Shown here piece after piece: positions 36,243 to 51,200 of a DNA stretch of 64,000 bases. The notes under the pieces were generated by a model, which did no database searches, had not been told where the DNA came from, and saw nothing but the letters and a program-made list of their open reading frames with translations. The stretch lies in contig OZ024741.1 of NCBI GenBank assembly GCA_964016885.1, positions 22,878,001 to 22,942,000 of the forward strand, written 5' to 3'. The stretch comes from Eledone cirrhosa. Taxonomy: Eukaryota. Numbering within the stretch: position 1 is the stretch's first letter; every line of letters begins with the position of its first letter. The position numbers were made by a program, and so were the translations under genes.

Positions 36243-39200
36243 CACAGTACACTGTTTAGAAGTAGTACTGGTACCACAATAAAAGCAAGCAGTACACACT
36301 GTAAAATGGTAGTACTGGTACCACAATAAAAGCTCACCGTACACACTGTAAAATGGTAGTACTGGTACCACAATAAAAGCTCACAGTACAGTGTAAAATG
36401 GTAGTACTGGTACCACAATAAAAGCAAGCAGTAGAGTGTAAAATGGTAGTACTGGTACCACAATAAAAGCTCACAGTACAGTGTAAAATGGTAGTACTGG
36501 TACCACAATAAAAGCAAGCAGTACAGTGTAAAATGGTAGTACTGGTACCACAATAAAAGCAAGCAGTAGAGTGTAAAATGGTAGTACTGGTACCACAATA
36601 AAAGCTCACAGTACAGTGTAAAATGGTAGTACTGGTACCACAATAAAAGCAAGCAGTACAGTGTAAAATGGTAGTACTGGTACCACAATAAAAGCTCACA
36701 GTACAGTGTAAAATGGTAGTACTGGTACCACAATAAAAGCTCACAGTACAGTGTAAAATGGTAGTACTGGTACCACAATAAAAGCAAGCAGTAGAGTGTA
36801 AAATGGTAGTACTGGTACCACAATAAAAGCAAGCAGTAGAGTGTAAAATGGTAGTACTGGTACCACAATAAAAGCTCACAGTACAGTGTAAAATGGTAGT
36901 ACTGGTACCACAATAAAAGCAAGCAGTAGAGTGTAAAATGGTAGTACTGGTACCACAATAAAAGCAAGCAGTACAGTGTAAAATGGTAGTACTGGTACCA
37001 CAATAAAAGTTCACAGTACAGTGTAAAATGGTAGTACTGGTACCACAATAAAAGCAAGCAGTACAGTGTAAAATGGTAGTACTGGTACCACAATAAAAGC
37101 ACGCAGTACACACTGTAAAATGGTAGTACTGGTACCACGATAAAAGCTCACAGTACACACTGTAAAATGGTAGTACTGGTACCACAATAAAAGCACGCAG
37201 TACACACTGTAAAATGGTAGTACTGGTACCACGATAAAAGCTCACAGTACACACTGTAAAATGGTAGTACTGGTACCACAATAAAAGCAAGCAGTACAGT
37301 GTAAAATGGTAGTACTGGTACCACAATAAAAGCAAGCAGTACAGTGAAAAATGGTAGTACTGGTACCACAATAAAAGCACGCAGTACACACTGTAAAATG
37401 GTAGTACTGGTACCACAATAAAAGCACGCAGTACACACTGTAAAATGGTAGTACTGGTACCACGATAAAAGCTCACAGTACACACTGTAAAATGGTAGTA
37501 CTGGTACCACAATAAAAGCACGCAGTACACACTGTAAAATGGTAGTACTGGTACCACGATAAAAGCTCACAGTACAGTGTAAAATGGTAGTACTGGGTCA
37601 ACAATAAAAGCTCAGTACAGTGTAAAATGGTAGTACTGGTACCATAATAAAAGCTCACAGTACAGTGTAAAATGATAGTACCGGCATCACAATAAAAGCT
37701 CACAGTACAGTGGAAAATAGTAGTACTGGTACCACAATAAAAGCAAGCAGTACAGTGTAAAATGGTAGTACTGGTACCACAATAAAAGCACGCAGTACAG
37801 TGTAAAATGGTAGTACTGGTACCACAATAAAAGCTCACAATACAGTGTAAAATGGTAGTACTGGTACCACAATAAAAGCACGCAGTACACACTGTAAAAT
37901 GGTAGTACTGGTACCACAATAAAAGCTCACAGTACAGTGTAAAATGGTAGTACTGGTACCACAATAAAAGCTCACAGTACAGTGCAAAATGGTAGTACTG
38001 GTACCACAATAAAAGCTCACAGTACAGTGTAAAATGGTAGTACTGGTACCACAATAAACGCAAGCAGTACAGTATAAAATGGTAGTACTGGTACCACAAT
38101 AAAAGCAAGCAGTACAGTATAAAATGGTAGTACTGGAACCATAATAAAAGCACGCAGTACAGTGTAAAATGGTAGTACTGGTACCACAATAAAAGCTCAC
38201 AGTACAGTGTAAAATGGTAGTACTGGTACCACAATAAAAGCTCACAGTACAGTGTAAAATGGTAATACTGATACCACAAGAAAAGCAAGCAGTACAGTAT
38301 AAAATGGTAGTACTGGTACCACAATAAAAGCTCACAGTACAGTGTAAAATGGTAGTACTGGTACCACAATAAAAGCAAGCAGTACAGTGCAAAATGGTAG
38401 TACTGGTATCACAATAAAAGCAAGCAGTACAGTGCAAAATGGTAGTACTGGTACCACAATAAAAGCTCACAGTACAGTGTAAAATGGTAGTACTGGTACC
38501 ACAATAAAAGCTCACAGTACACACTGTAAAATGGTAGTACTGGTACCACAATAAAAGCAAGCAGTACAGCATAAAATGGTAGTACTGGTACCACAATAAA
38601 AGCATGCAGTACACACTGCAAAATGGTAGTACTGGTACCACAATAAAAGCACGCGGTACACACTGTAAAATGGTAGTACTTGTACCACAATAAAAGCTCA
38701 CAGTACACACTGTAAAGTGGTAGTACTGGTTCCACAGTAAAAGCAAGCAGTACAGTGTAAAATGGTAGTACTGGTACCATAATAAAAGCTCACTGTACAG
38801 TGTAAAATGGTAGTACTGGTACCACAATAAAAGCAAGCAGTACAGCGTAAAATGGTAGTACTGGTACCACAATAAAAGCAAGCAGTACAGCGTAAAATGG
38901 TAGTACTGGTACCACAATAAAAGCAAGCAGTACAGTGTAAAATGGTAGTACTGGTACCACAATAAAAAGCTCACAGTACACTGTAAAATGGTAGTACTGG
39001 TACCACAATAGAAGCTCACAGTACAGTGTAAAATGGTAGTACTGGTACCACAATAAAAGCAAGCATTACAGTGTAAAATGGTAGTACTGGTAGCACAATA
39101 AAAGCTCACAGTACAGTGTAAAATGGTAGTACTGGTACCACAATAAAAGCAAGCAGTACAGTGTAAAATGGTAGTACTGATACCACAATAAAAGCAAGCA

Positions 39201-42200
39201 GTACAGTGTAAAATGGTAGTACTGGTACCACAATAAAAGCTCACAGTACAGCGTAAAAGGGTAGTACTGGTACCACAATAAAAGCTCAGTACACTGTAAA
39301 ATGGTAGTACTGGTACCACAATAAAAGCTCACAGTACAGTGTAAAATGGTAGTACTGGTACCACAATAAAAGCTCACAGTACAGTGTAAAATGGAAGTAC
39401 TGGTACCACAATAAAAGCAAGCAGTTCAGTGTAAAATGGAAGTACTGGTACCACAATAAAAGCAAGCAGTACAGTGTAAAATGGTAGTACTGGTACCACA
39501 ATAAAAGAACGCAGTACAGTGTAAAATGGTAGTACTGGTACCACAATAAAAGCACGCAGTACACACTGTAAAATGGTAGTACTGGTACCACAATAAAAGC
39601 ACGCAGTACACACTGTAAAATGGTAGTACTGGTACCACAATAAACGCAAGCAGTACAGTGTAAAATGGTAGTACTGGTACCACAATAAAAGCTCACAGTA
39701 CAGTGTAAAATGGTAGTACTGGTACCACAATAAAAGCAAGCAGTACAGTGTAAAATGGTAGTACTGGTACCACAATAAAAGCTCGCAGTACAGTGTAAAA
39801 TTGTAGTACTGGTACCACAATAAAAGCACGCAGTACAGTGTAAAATGGTAGTACTGGTACCACAATAAAAGCAAGCAGGACAGTGTAAAATGGTAGTACT
39901 GGTACCACAATAAAAGCAAGCAGTACAGTGTAAAATGGTAGTACTGGTACCACAATAAAAGCAAGCAGTACAGTGTAAAATGGTAGTACTGGTACCACAA
40001 TAAAAGCTCACAGTACAGTGTAAAAGGGTAGTACTGGTACCACAATAAAAGCTCACAGTACAGTGTAAAATGGTAGTACTGGTACCACAATAACAGCAAG
40101 CAGTACAGTGTAAAATGGTAGTACTGGAAACACAATAAAAGCTCACAGTACAGTGTAAAATGGTAGTACTGGTACCACAATAAAAGCTCACAGTACAGTG
40201 TAAAATGGTAGTACTGGTACCACAATAAAAGCCCACAGTACAGTGTAAAATGGTAGTACTGGTACCACAATAAAAGCTCACAGTACAGTGTAAAATGGTA
40301 GTACTGGTACCACAATAAAAGCAAGCAGTACAGTGTAAAATGGTAGTACTGGTACCACAATAAAAGCTCACAGTACAGTGTAAAATGGTAGTACTGGTAC
40401 CACAAAAAAAGCAAGCAGTACAGTGTAAAATGGTAGTACTGGTACCACAATAAAAGCACGCAGTACAGTGTAAAATGGTAGTACTGGTACCACAATAAAA
40501 GCACGCAGTACAGAGTAAAATAGTAGTACTGGTACCACAATAAAAGCAAGCAGTACAGTGTAAAATGGTAGTACTGGTACCACAATAAAAGCTCACAGTA
40601 CAGTGTAATATGGTAGTACTGGTACCACAATAAAAGCAAGCAGTACAGTGTAAAATGGTAGTACTGGTCCCACAATAAAAGCTCACAGTACAGTGTAAAA
40701 TGGTAGTACTGGTACCACAATAAAAGCAAGCAGTACAGTGTAAAATGGTAGTACTGGTACCATAAAAGCACGCAGTACACACTGTAAAATGGTAGTACTG
40801 GTACCATAATAAAAGCAAGCAGTACAGTATAAAATGGTAGTACTGGTACCACAATAAAAGCAAGCAGTACAGTGTAAAATGGTAGTACAGGTACCACAAT
40901 AAAAGCAAGCAGTACAGTGTAAAATGGTAGTACTGGTACCACAATAAAAGCAAGCAGTAAAGTGTAAAAGGGTAGTACTGGTACCACAATAAAAGCTCAC
41001 AGTACACTGTAAAATGGTAGTACTGGTACCACAATAAAAGCACGCAGTACAGTGTAAAATGGTAGTACTGGTACCACAATAAAAGCAAGCAGTACAGTGT
41101 AAAATGGTAGTACTGGTACCACAATAAAAGCACGCAGTCCAGTGTAAAATGGTAGTACTGGTACCACAATAAAAGCTCACAGTACAGTGTAAAATGGTAG
41201 TACTGGTACCACAATGAAAGCTCACAGTACAGTGTAAAATGGTAGTACTGGTACCACAATAAAAGCAAACAGTACAGTGTAAAATGGTAGTACTGGTACC
41301 ACAATAAAAGCAAGCAGTACAGTGTAAAATGGTAGTACTGGTCCCACAATAAAAGCTCACAATACAGTGTAAAATGGTAGTACTGGTACCACAATAAAAG
41401 CAAGCAGTACAGTGTAAAATGGTAGTACTGGTACCACAATAAAAGCTCACAGTACACTGTAAAATGGTAGTACTGGTACCACAATAGAAGCTCACAGTAC
41501 AGTGTAAAATGGTAGTACTGGTACCACAATAAAAGCAAGCATTACAGTGTAAAATGGTAGTACTGGTAGCACAATAAAAGCTCACAGTACAGTGTAAAAT
41601 GGAAGTACTGGTACCACAATAAAAGCAAGCATTACAGTGTAAAATGTAGTACTGGTACCACAATAAAAGCAAGCAGTACAGTGTAAAATGATAGTACTGA
41701 TACCACAATAAAAGCAAGCAGTACAGTGTAAAATGGTAGTACTGGTACCACAATAAAAGCTCACAGTACAGCGTAAAAGGGTAGTACTGGTACCACAATA
41801 AAAGCTCAGTACACTGTAAAATGGTAGTACTGGTACCACAATAAAAGCTCACAGTACAGTGTAAAATGGTAGTACTGGTACCACAATAAAAGCAAGCAGT
41901 ACAGTGTAAAATGGTATTACTGGTACCACAATAAAAGCAAGCAGTACAGTGTAAAATGGTAGTACTGGTACCACAATAAAAGCTCACAGTACAGTGCAAA
42001 ATGGTAGTACTGGTATCACAATAAAAGCAAGCAGTACAGTGTAAAATGGTAGTACTGGTACCACAATAAAAGCAAGCAGTACAGTGTAAAATGGTAGTAC
42101 TGGTACCACAATAAAAGCAAGCAGTACAGTGTAAAATGGTAGTACTGGTACCACAAAAAAAGCAAGCAGTACAGTGTAAAATGGTAGTACTGGTACCACA

Positions 42201-45200
42201 ATAAAAGCAAGCAGTACAGTGTAAAATGGTAGTACTGGTCCCACAATAAAAGCTCACAGTACAGCGTAAAATGGTAGTACTGGTACCACAATATAAGCAA
42301 GCAGTACAGTGTAAAATGGTAGTACTGGTACCACAATAAAAGAACGCAGTACAGTGTAAAATGGTAGTACTGGTACCACAATAAAAGCAAGCAGTACAGT
42401 GTAAAATGGTAGTACTGGTACCACAATGAAAGCAAGCAGGACAGTGTAAAATGGTAGTACTGGTACCACAATAAAAGCAAGCAGTACAGTGTAAAATGGT
42501 AGTACTGGTACCACAATAAAAGCTCACAGTACAGTGTAAAATGGTAGTACTGGTACCACAATAAAAGCAAGCAGTAGAGTGTAAAATGGTAGTACTGGTA
42601 ACACAATAAAAGCAAGCAGTACAGTGTAAAATGGTAGTACTGGTAACACAATAACAGCAAGCAGTACAGTGTAAAATGGTAGTACTGGCACCACAATAAA
42701 AGCTCACAGTACAGTGTAAAATGGTAGTACTGGTGCCACAATAAAAGCTCACAGTACAGTGTAAAATGGTAGTACTGGTACCACAATAAAAGCAAGCAGT
42801 ACAGTGTAAAATGGTAGTACTGGTACCACAATAAAAGCTCACAGTACAGTGTAAAATGGTAGTACTGGTACCACAATAAAAGCTCACAGTACAGTGTACA
42901 ATGGTAGCACTGGTACCACAATAAAAGCAAGCAGTACAGTGTAAAATGGTAGTACTGGAACCACAATAAAAGCAAGCAGTACAGCGTAAAATGGTAGTAC
43001 TGGTACCACAATAAAAGCACGCAGTACACACTGTAAAATGGTAGTACTGGTACCACAATAAAAGCACGCAGTACACACTGTAAAATGGTAGTACTGGTAC
43101 CACAATAAAAGCTCACAGTACAGTGCAAAATGGTAGTACTGGTACCACAATAAAAGCTCACAGTACAGTGTAAAATGGTAGTACTGGTACCACAATAAAC
43201 GCAAGCAGTACAGTGTAAAATGGTAGTACTGGTACCACAATAAAAGCTCACAGTACAGTGTAAAATGGTAGTACTGGTACCACAATAAAAGCAAGCAGTA
43301 CAGTGTAAAATGGTAGTACTGGTACCACAATAAAAGCTCGCAGTACAGTGTAAAATGGTAGTACTGGTACCACAATAAAAGCACGCAGTCCAGTGTAAAA
43401 TGGTAGTACTGGTACCACAATGAAAGCAAGCAGGACAGTGTAAAATGGTAGTACTGGTACCACAATAAAAGCAAGCAGTACAGTGTAAAATGGTAGTACT
43501 GGTACCACAATAAAAGCTCACAGTACAGTGTAAAAGGGTAGTACAGGTACCACAATAAAAGCTCACAGTACAGTGTAAAATGGTAGTACTGGTACCACAA
43601 TAACAGCAAGCAGTACAGTGTAAAATGGTAGTACTGGTACCACATTAAAAGCAAGCAGTACAGTGTAAAATGGTAGTACTGGTACCACAATAAAAGCAAG
43701 CAGTACAGTGTAAAATCGTAGTACTGGTACCACAATAAAAGCCCACAGTACAGTGTAAAATGGTAGTACTGGTACCTCAATAAAAGCACGCAGTACAGTG
43801 TAAAATGGTAGTACTGGTACCACAATAAAAGCTCACAGTACACACTGTAAAATGGTAGTACTGGTACCACAATAAAAGCAAGCAGTACAGTGTAAAATGG
43901 TAGTACTAGTACCACAATAAAAGCACGCAGTACAGTGTAAAATGGTAGTACTGGTACCACAATAAAAGCAAGCAGTACAGTGTAAAATACTAGTACTGGT
44001 ACCACAATAGAAAGCAAGCAGTACAGTGCAAAATGGTAGTACTGGTACCACAAAAGCACACAGTTCAGTGTAAAATGGTAGTACTGGTACCACAATAAAA
44101 GCAAGCAGTACGGTGTAAAATGGTAGTACTGGTACCACAATAAAAGCAAGCAGTACAGTGTAAAATGGTAGTACTGGTACCACAATGGAAGCAAGCAGTA
44201 CAGTGTAAAATGGTAGCACTGGTACCACAATAAAAGCACGCAGAACAGTGTAAAATAGTAGTACTGGTACCACAATAAAAGCACGCAGTACCGTGTAAAA
44301 TGGTAGTACTGGTACCACAATAAAAGCATGCAGTACTCACTGTAAAATGGTAGTACTGGTACCACAATAAAAGCTCACAGTACACACTGTAAAATGGTAG
44401 TACTGGTACCACAATGAAAGCTCACAGTACAGTGTAAAATGGTAGTACTGGTACCACAATAAAAGCTCACAGTACAGTGTAAAATGGTAGTACTGGTACC
44501 ACAATAAAAGCTCAAAGTACAGTGTAAAATGGTAGTACTGGTACCACAATAAAAGCAAGCAGTACAGTGTAAAATGGTAGTACTGGAACCACAATAAAAG
44601 CAAGCAGTACAGCGTAAAATGGTAGTACTGGTACCACAATAAAAGCACGCAGTACACACTGTAAAATGGTAGTACTGGTACCACAATAAAAGCACGCAGT
44701 ACACACTGTAAAATGGTAGTACTGGTACCACAATAAAAGCTCACAGTACAGTGTAAAATGGTAGTACTGGTACCACAATAAACGCAAGCAGTACAGTGTA
44801 AAATGGTAGTACTGGTGCCACAATAAAAGCTCACAGTACAGTGTAAAATGGTAGTGCTGGTACCACAATAAAAGCAAGCAGTACAGTGTAAAATGGTAGT
44901 ACTGGTACCACAATAAAAGCTCGCAGTACAGTGTAAAATGGTAGTACTGGTACCACAATAAAAGCACGCAGTCCAGTGTAAAATGGTAGTACTGGTACCA
45001 CAATAAAAGCAAGCAGGACAGTGTAAAATGGTAGTACTGGTACCACAATAAAAGCAAGCAGTACAGTGTAAAATGGTAGTACTGGTACCACAATAAAAGC
45101 TCACAGTACAGTGTAAAAGGGTAGTACAGGTACCACAATAAAAGCTCACAGTACAGTGTAAAATGGTAGTACTGGTACCACAATAACAGCAAGCAGTACA

Positions 45201-48200
45201 GTGTAAAATGGTAGTACTGGTACCACAATAAAAGCTCACAGTACAGTGTAAAATGGTAGTACTGGTACCACAATAAAAGCAAGCAGTACAGTGTAAAATC
45301 GTAGTACTGGTACCACAATAAAAGCCCACAGTACAGTGTAAAATGGTAGTACTGGTACCTCAATAAAAGCACGCAGTACAGTGTAAAATGGTAGTACTGG
45401 TACCACAATAAAAGCAAGCAGTACAGTGTAAAATAGTAGTACTGATACCACAATAAAAGCAAGCAGTAAAGTGTAAAAGGGTAGTACTGGTACCACAATA
45501 AAAGCTCACAGTACACTGTAAAATGGTAGTACTGGTACCACAATAAAAGCACGCAGTACAGTGTAAAATGGTAGTACTGGTACCACAATAAAAGCAAGCA
45601 GTACAGTGTAAAATGGTAGTACTGGTACCACAATAAAAGCAAGCAGTACAGTGTAAAATGGTAGTACTGGTCCCACAATAAAAGCTCACAGTACAGTGTA
45701 AAATGATAGTACTGGTACCATAATAAAAGCAAGCAGTACAGTGTAAAATGGTAGTACTGGTACCACAATAAAAGCACGCAGTACAGTGTAAAATGGTAGT
45801 ACTGGTACCACAATAACAGCAAGCAGTACAGTGTAAAATGGTAGTACTGGTACCATAATAAAAGCAAGCAGTACAGTGTAAAATGGTAGTACTGGTACCA
45901 CAATAAAAGCAAGCAGTACAGTGTAAAATGGTAGTACTGGTACCACAATAAAAGCAAGCAGTACAGTGCAAAATGGTAGTACTGGTACCACAATAAAAGC
46001 ACGCAGTCCAGTGTAAAATGGTAGTACTGGTACCACAATAAAAGCTCACAGTACAGTGTAAAATGGTAGTACTGGTACCACAATGAAAGCTCACAGTACA
46101 GTGTAAAATGGTAGTACTGGTACCACAATAAAAGCAAACAGTACAGTGTAAAATGGTAGTACTGGTACCACAATAAAAGCAAGCAGTACAGTGTAAAATG
46201 GTAGTACTGGTCCCACAATAAAAGCTCACAATACAGTGTAAAATGGTAGTACTGGTACCACAATAAAAGCAAGCAGTACAGTGTAAAATGGTAGTACTGG
46301 TACCACAATAAAAGCTCACAGTACACTGTAAAATGGTAGTACTGGTACCACAATAGAAGCTCACAGTACAGTGTAAAATGGTAGTACTGGTACCACAATA
46401 AAAGCAAGCATTACAGTGTAAAATGGTAGTACTGGTAGCACAATAAAAGCTCACAGTACAGTGTAAAATGGAAGTACTGGTACCACAATAAAAGCAAGCA
46501 TTACAGTGTAAAATGTAGTACTGGTACCACAATAAAAGCAAGCAGTACAGTGTAAAATGATAGTACTGATACCACAATAAAAGCAAGCAGTACAGTGTAA
46601 AATGGAAGTACTGGTACCACAATAAAAGCAAGCATTACAGTGTAAAATGTAGTACTGGTACCACAATAAAAGCAAGCAGTACAGTGTAAAATGGTAGTAC
46701 TGGTACCACAATAAACGCAAGCAGTACAGTGTAAAATGGTAGTACTGGTACCACAATAAAAGCTCACAGTACAGCGTAAAAGGGTAGTACTGGTACCACA
46801 ATAAAAGCTCAGTACACTGTAAAATGGTAGTACTGGTACCACAATAAAAGCTCACAGTACAGTGTAAAATGGTAGTACTGGTACCACAATAAAATCTCAC
46901 AGTACAGTGTAAAATGGAAGTACTGGTACCATAATAAAAGCAAGCAGTAGTGTAAAATGGTAGTACTGGTACCACAATAAAAGCACGCAGTACACACTGT
47001 AAAATGGTAGTACTGGTACCACAATAAAAGCAGGCAGTACACACTGTAAAATGGTAGTACTGGTACCACAATAAAAGCTCAGAGTACAGTGTAAAATGGT
47101 AGTACTGGAACCACAATAAAAGCAAGCAGTACAGTGTAAAATGGTATTACTGGTCCACAATAAAAGCAAGCAGTACAGTGTAAAATGGTAGTACTGGTAC
47201 CACAATAAAAGCTCACAGTACAGTGCAAAATGGTAGTACTGGTATCACAATAAAAGCAAGCAGTACATTGTAAAATGGTAGTACTGGTACCACAATAAAA
47301 GCAAGCAGTACAGTGTAAAATGGTAGTACTGGTACCAAAATAAAAGCTCACAGTACAGTGTAAAATGGTAGTACTGGTACCACAAAAAAAGCAAGCAGTA
47401 CAATGTAAAATGGTAGTACTGGTACCACAAAAAAAGCAAGCAGTACAGTGTAAAATGGTAGTACTGGTACCACAATAAAAGCACGCAGTACAGTGTAAAA
47501 TGGTAGTACTGGTCCCACAATAAAATCTCACAGTACAGCGTAAAATGGTAGTACGGGTACCACAATATAAGCAAGCAGTACAGTGTAAAATGGTAGTACT
47601 GGTACCACAATAAAAGCAAGCAGTACAGTGTAAAATGGTAGTACTGATACCACAATAAAAGCACGCAGTCCAGTGTAAAATGGTAGTACTGGTACTACAA
47701 TAAAAGCAAGCAGTAGAGTGTAAAATGGTAGTACTGGTACCAAAATAAAAGCTCACAGTACAGTGTAAAATGGTAGTACTGGTACCACAATAAAAGCAAG
47801 CAGTAGAGTGTAAAATGGTAGTACTGGTAACACAATAAAAGCAAGCAGTACAGTGTAAAATGGTAGTACTGGTACCACAATAAAAGCAAGCAGTACAGTG
47901 TAAAATGGTAGTACTGGTACCACAATAACAGCAAGCAGTACAGTGTAAAATGGTAGTACTGGTACCACAATAAAAGCTCACAGTACAGTGTAAAATGATA
48001 GTACTGGTACCACAATAAAAGCAAGCAGTACAGTGTAAAATGGTAGTACTGGTACCACAATAAAAACAAGCAGTACAGTGTAAAATGGTAGTACTGGTCC
48101 CACAATAAAAGCTCACAATACAGTGTAAAATGGTAGTACTGGTACCACAATAAAAGCAAGCAGTACAGCGTAAAATGGTATTACTAGTACCACAATAAAA

Positions 48201-51200
48201 GCACGCAGTACAGTGTAAAATGGTAGTACTGGTACCACAATAAAAGCACGCAGTACAGTGTAAAATGGTAGTACTGGTACCATAATAAAAGCAAGCAGTA
48301 CAGTGTTAAATGGTAGTACTGGTACCACAATAAAAGCAAGCAGTACAGTGTAAAATGGTAGTACTGGTACCATAATAAAAGCAAGCAGTACAGTGTAAAA
48401 TGGTAGTACTGGTACCACAATAGAAGCTCACAGTACAGTGTAAAATGGTAGTACTGGTACCACAATAAAAGCAAGCAGTACAGTATAAAATGGTAGTACT
48501 GGTACCACAATAAAAGCAAGCAGTACAGTGTAAAATGGTAGTAGTGGTAGCACAATAAAAGCAAGCAGTACCGTGTAAAATGGTAGTACTGGTACCACAA
48601 TAAAAGCAAGTAGTACAGCGTAAAATGGTAGTACTGGTACCACAATAAAAGCACGCATTACACACTCTAAAATGGTAGTACTGGTACCACAATAAATGCA
48701 TGCTGTACACACTGTAAAATGGTAGTACTGGTACCACAATAAAAGCTCACAGTATACACTGTAAAATGGTAGTACTGGTACCACAATAAAAGCTCACAGT
48801 ACAGTGTAAAATGGTAGTACTGGTACCACAATAAAAACAAGCAGTACAGCGTAAAATGGTAGTACTGGTACCACAATAAAAGCGCGCAGTACACACTGTA
48901 AAATGGTAGTACTGGTACCACAATAACAGCAAGCAGTACAGTGTAAAATGGTAGTACTGGTACCACAATAAAAGCTCACAGTACAGTGTAAAATGGTAGT
49001 ACTGGTACCACAATAAAAGCAAGCAGTACAGTGTAAAATCGTAGTACTGGTACCACAATAAAAGCCCACAGTACAGTGTAAAATGGTAGTACTGGTACCT
49101 CAATAAAAGCACGCAGTACAGTGTAAAATGGTAGTACTGGTACCACAATAAAAGCAAGCAGTACAGTGTAAAATAGTAGTACTGGTACCACAATAGAAAG
49201 CAAGCAGTACAGTGCAAAATGGTAGTAATGGTACCACAAAAGCACGCAGTGCAGTGTAAAATGGTAGTACTGGTACCACAATAAAAGCAAGCAGTACGGT
49301 GTAAAAGGTAGTACTGGTACCACAATAAAAGCAAGCAGTACAGTGTAAAATGGTAGTACTGGTATCACAATGGAAGCAAGCAGTACAGTGTAAAATGGTA
49401 GCACTGGTACCACAATAAAAGCACGCAGAACAGTGTAAAATGGTAGTACTGGTACCACAATAAAAGCACGCAGTACCGTGTAAAATGGTAGTACTGGTTC
49501 CACAATAAAAGCATGCAGTACTCACTGTAAAATGTTAGTACTGGTACCACAATAAAAGCTCACAGTACAGTGTAAAATGGTAGTACTGGTACCACAATAA
49601 AAGCAAGCAGTACAGTGTAAAATGGTAGTACTGGTACCACAATAAAAGCAAGCAGTACAGTGTAAAATGGTAGTACTGGTACCATAATAAAAGCTCACGG
49701 TACAGTGTAAAATGGTAGTACTGGTACCACAATAAAAGCACGCGGTACACACTGTAAAATGCTAGTACTGGTACCACAATAAAAGCTCACAGTACACACT
49801 GTAAAATGGTAGTACTGGTACCACAATAAAAGACAGCAGTACAGTGTAAAATGGTAGTACTGGTACCATAATAAAAGCTCACGGTACAGTGTAAAATGGT
49901 AGTACTGGTACCACAATAAAAACAAGCAGTACAGTGTAAAATGGTAGTACTCGTACCACAATAAAAGCACGCAGTACAGTGTAAAATGGTAGTACTGGTA
50001 CCACAATAAAAGCAAGCAGTACAGTGTAAAATGGTAGTACTGGTACCACAATAGAAAGCAAGCAGTACAATGTAAAATGGTAGTACTGGTACCACAAACG
50101 CACGCAGTACAGTGTAAAATGGTAGTACTGGTACCACAATAAAAGCAAGGAGTACAGTGTAAAATGGTAGTACTGGTACCACAATAAAAGCAAGCAGTAC
50201 AGTGTAAAATGGTATTACTGGTACCACAATAAAAGCAAGCAGTACAGTGTAAAATGGTAGTACTGGTACCACAATAAAAGCAAGCAGTACAGTGTAAAAT
50301 GGTAGTACTGGTACCACAATAAAAGCAAGCAGTACAGTGTAAAATGGTAGTACTGGTACCATAATAAAAGCTCACACTACAGTGTAAAATGGTAGTACTG
50401 GTACCACAATAAAAGCAAGCAGTACAGTGTAAAATGGTAGTACTGGTACCACAATAAAAGCTCACAGTACAGTGCAAAATGGTAGTACTGGTATCACAAT
50501 AAAAGCAAGCAGTACAGTGTAGAATGGTAGTACTGGTACCACAATAAAAGCAAGCAGTACAGTGTAAAATGGTAGTACTGGTACCACAATAAAAGCAAGC
50601 AGTACAGTGTAAAATGGTAGTACTGGTACCATAATAAAAGCTCAGAGTACAGTGTAAAATGGTAGTACTGGTACCACAATAAAAGCAAGCAGTACAGTGT
50701 AAAATGGTAGTACTGGTACCACAATAAAAGCAAGCAGTACAGTTTAAAATGGTAGTACTGGTACCACAATAAAAGCAAGCAGTACAGTGTAAAATGGTAG
50801 TACTGGTACCACAATAAAAGCAAGCAGTACAGTGTAAAATGGTAGTACTGGTACCACAATAAAAGCAAGCAGTACAGTGTAAAATGGTAGTACTGGTACC
50901 ATAATAAAAGCTCAGAGTACAGTGTAAAATGGTAGTACTGGTACCACAATAAAAGCAAGCAGTACAGTGTAAAATGGTAGTACTGGTACCACAATAAAAG
51001 CAAGCAGTACAGTGTAAAATGGTAGTACTGGTACCATAATAAAAGCTCAGAGTACAGTGTAAAATGGTAGTACTGGTACCACAATAAAAGCAAGCAGTAC
51101 AGCGTAAAATGGTAGTACTGGTACCACAATAAAAGCGCGCAGTACACACTGTAAAATGGTAGTACTGGTACCACAATAAAAGCAAGCAGCACAGTGTAAA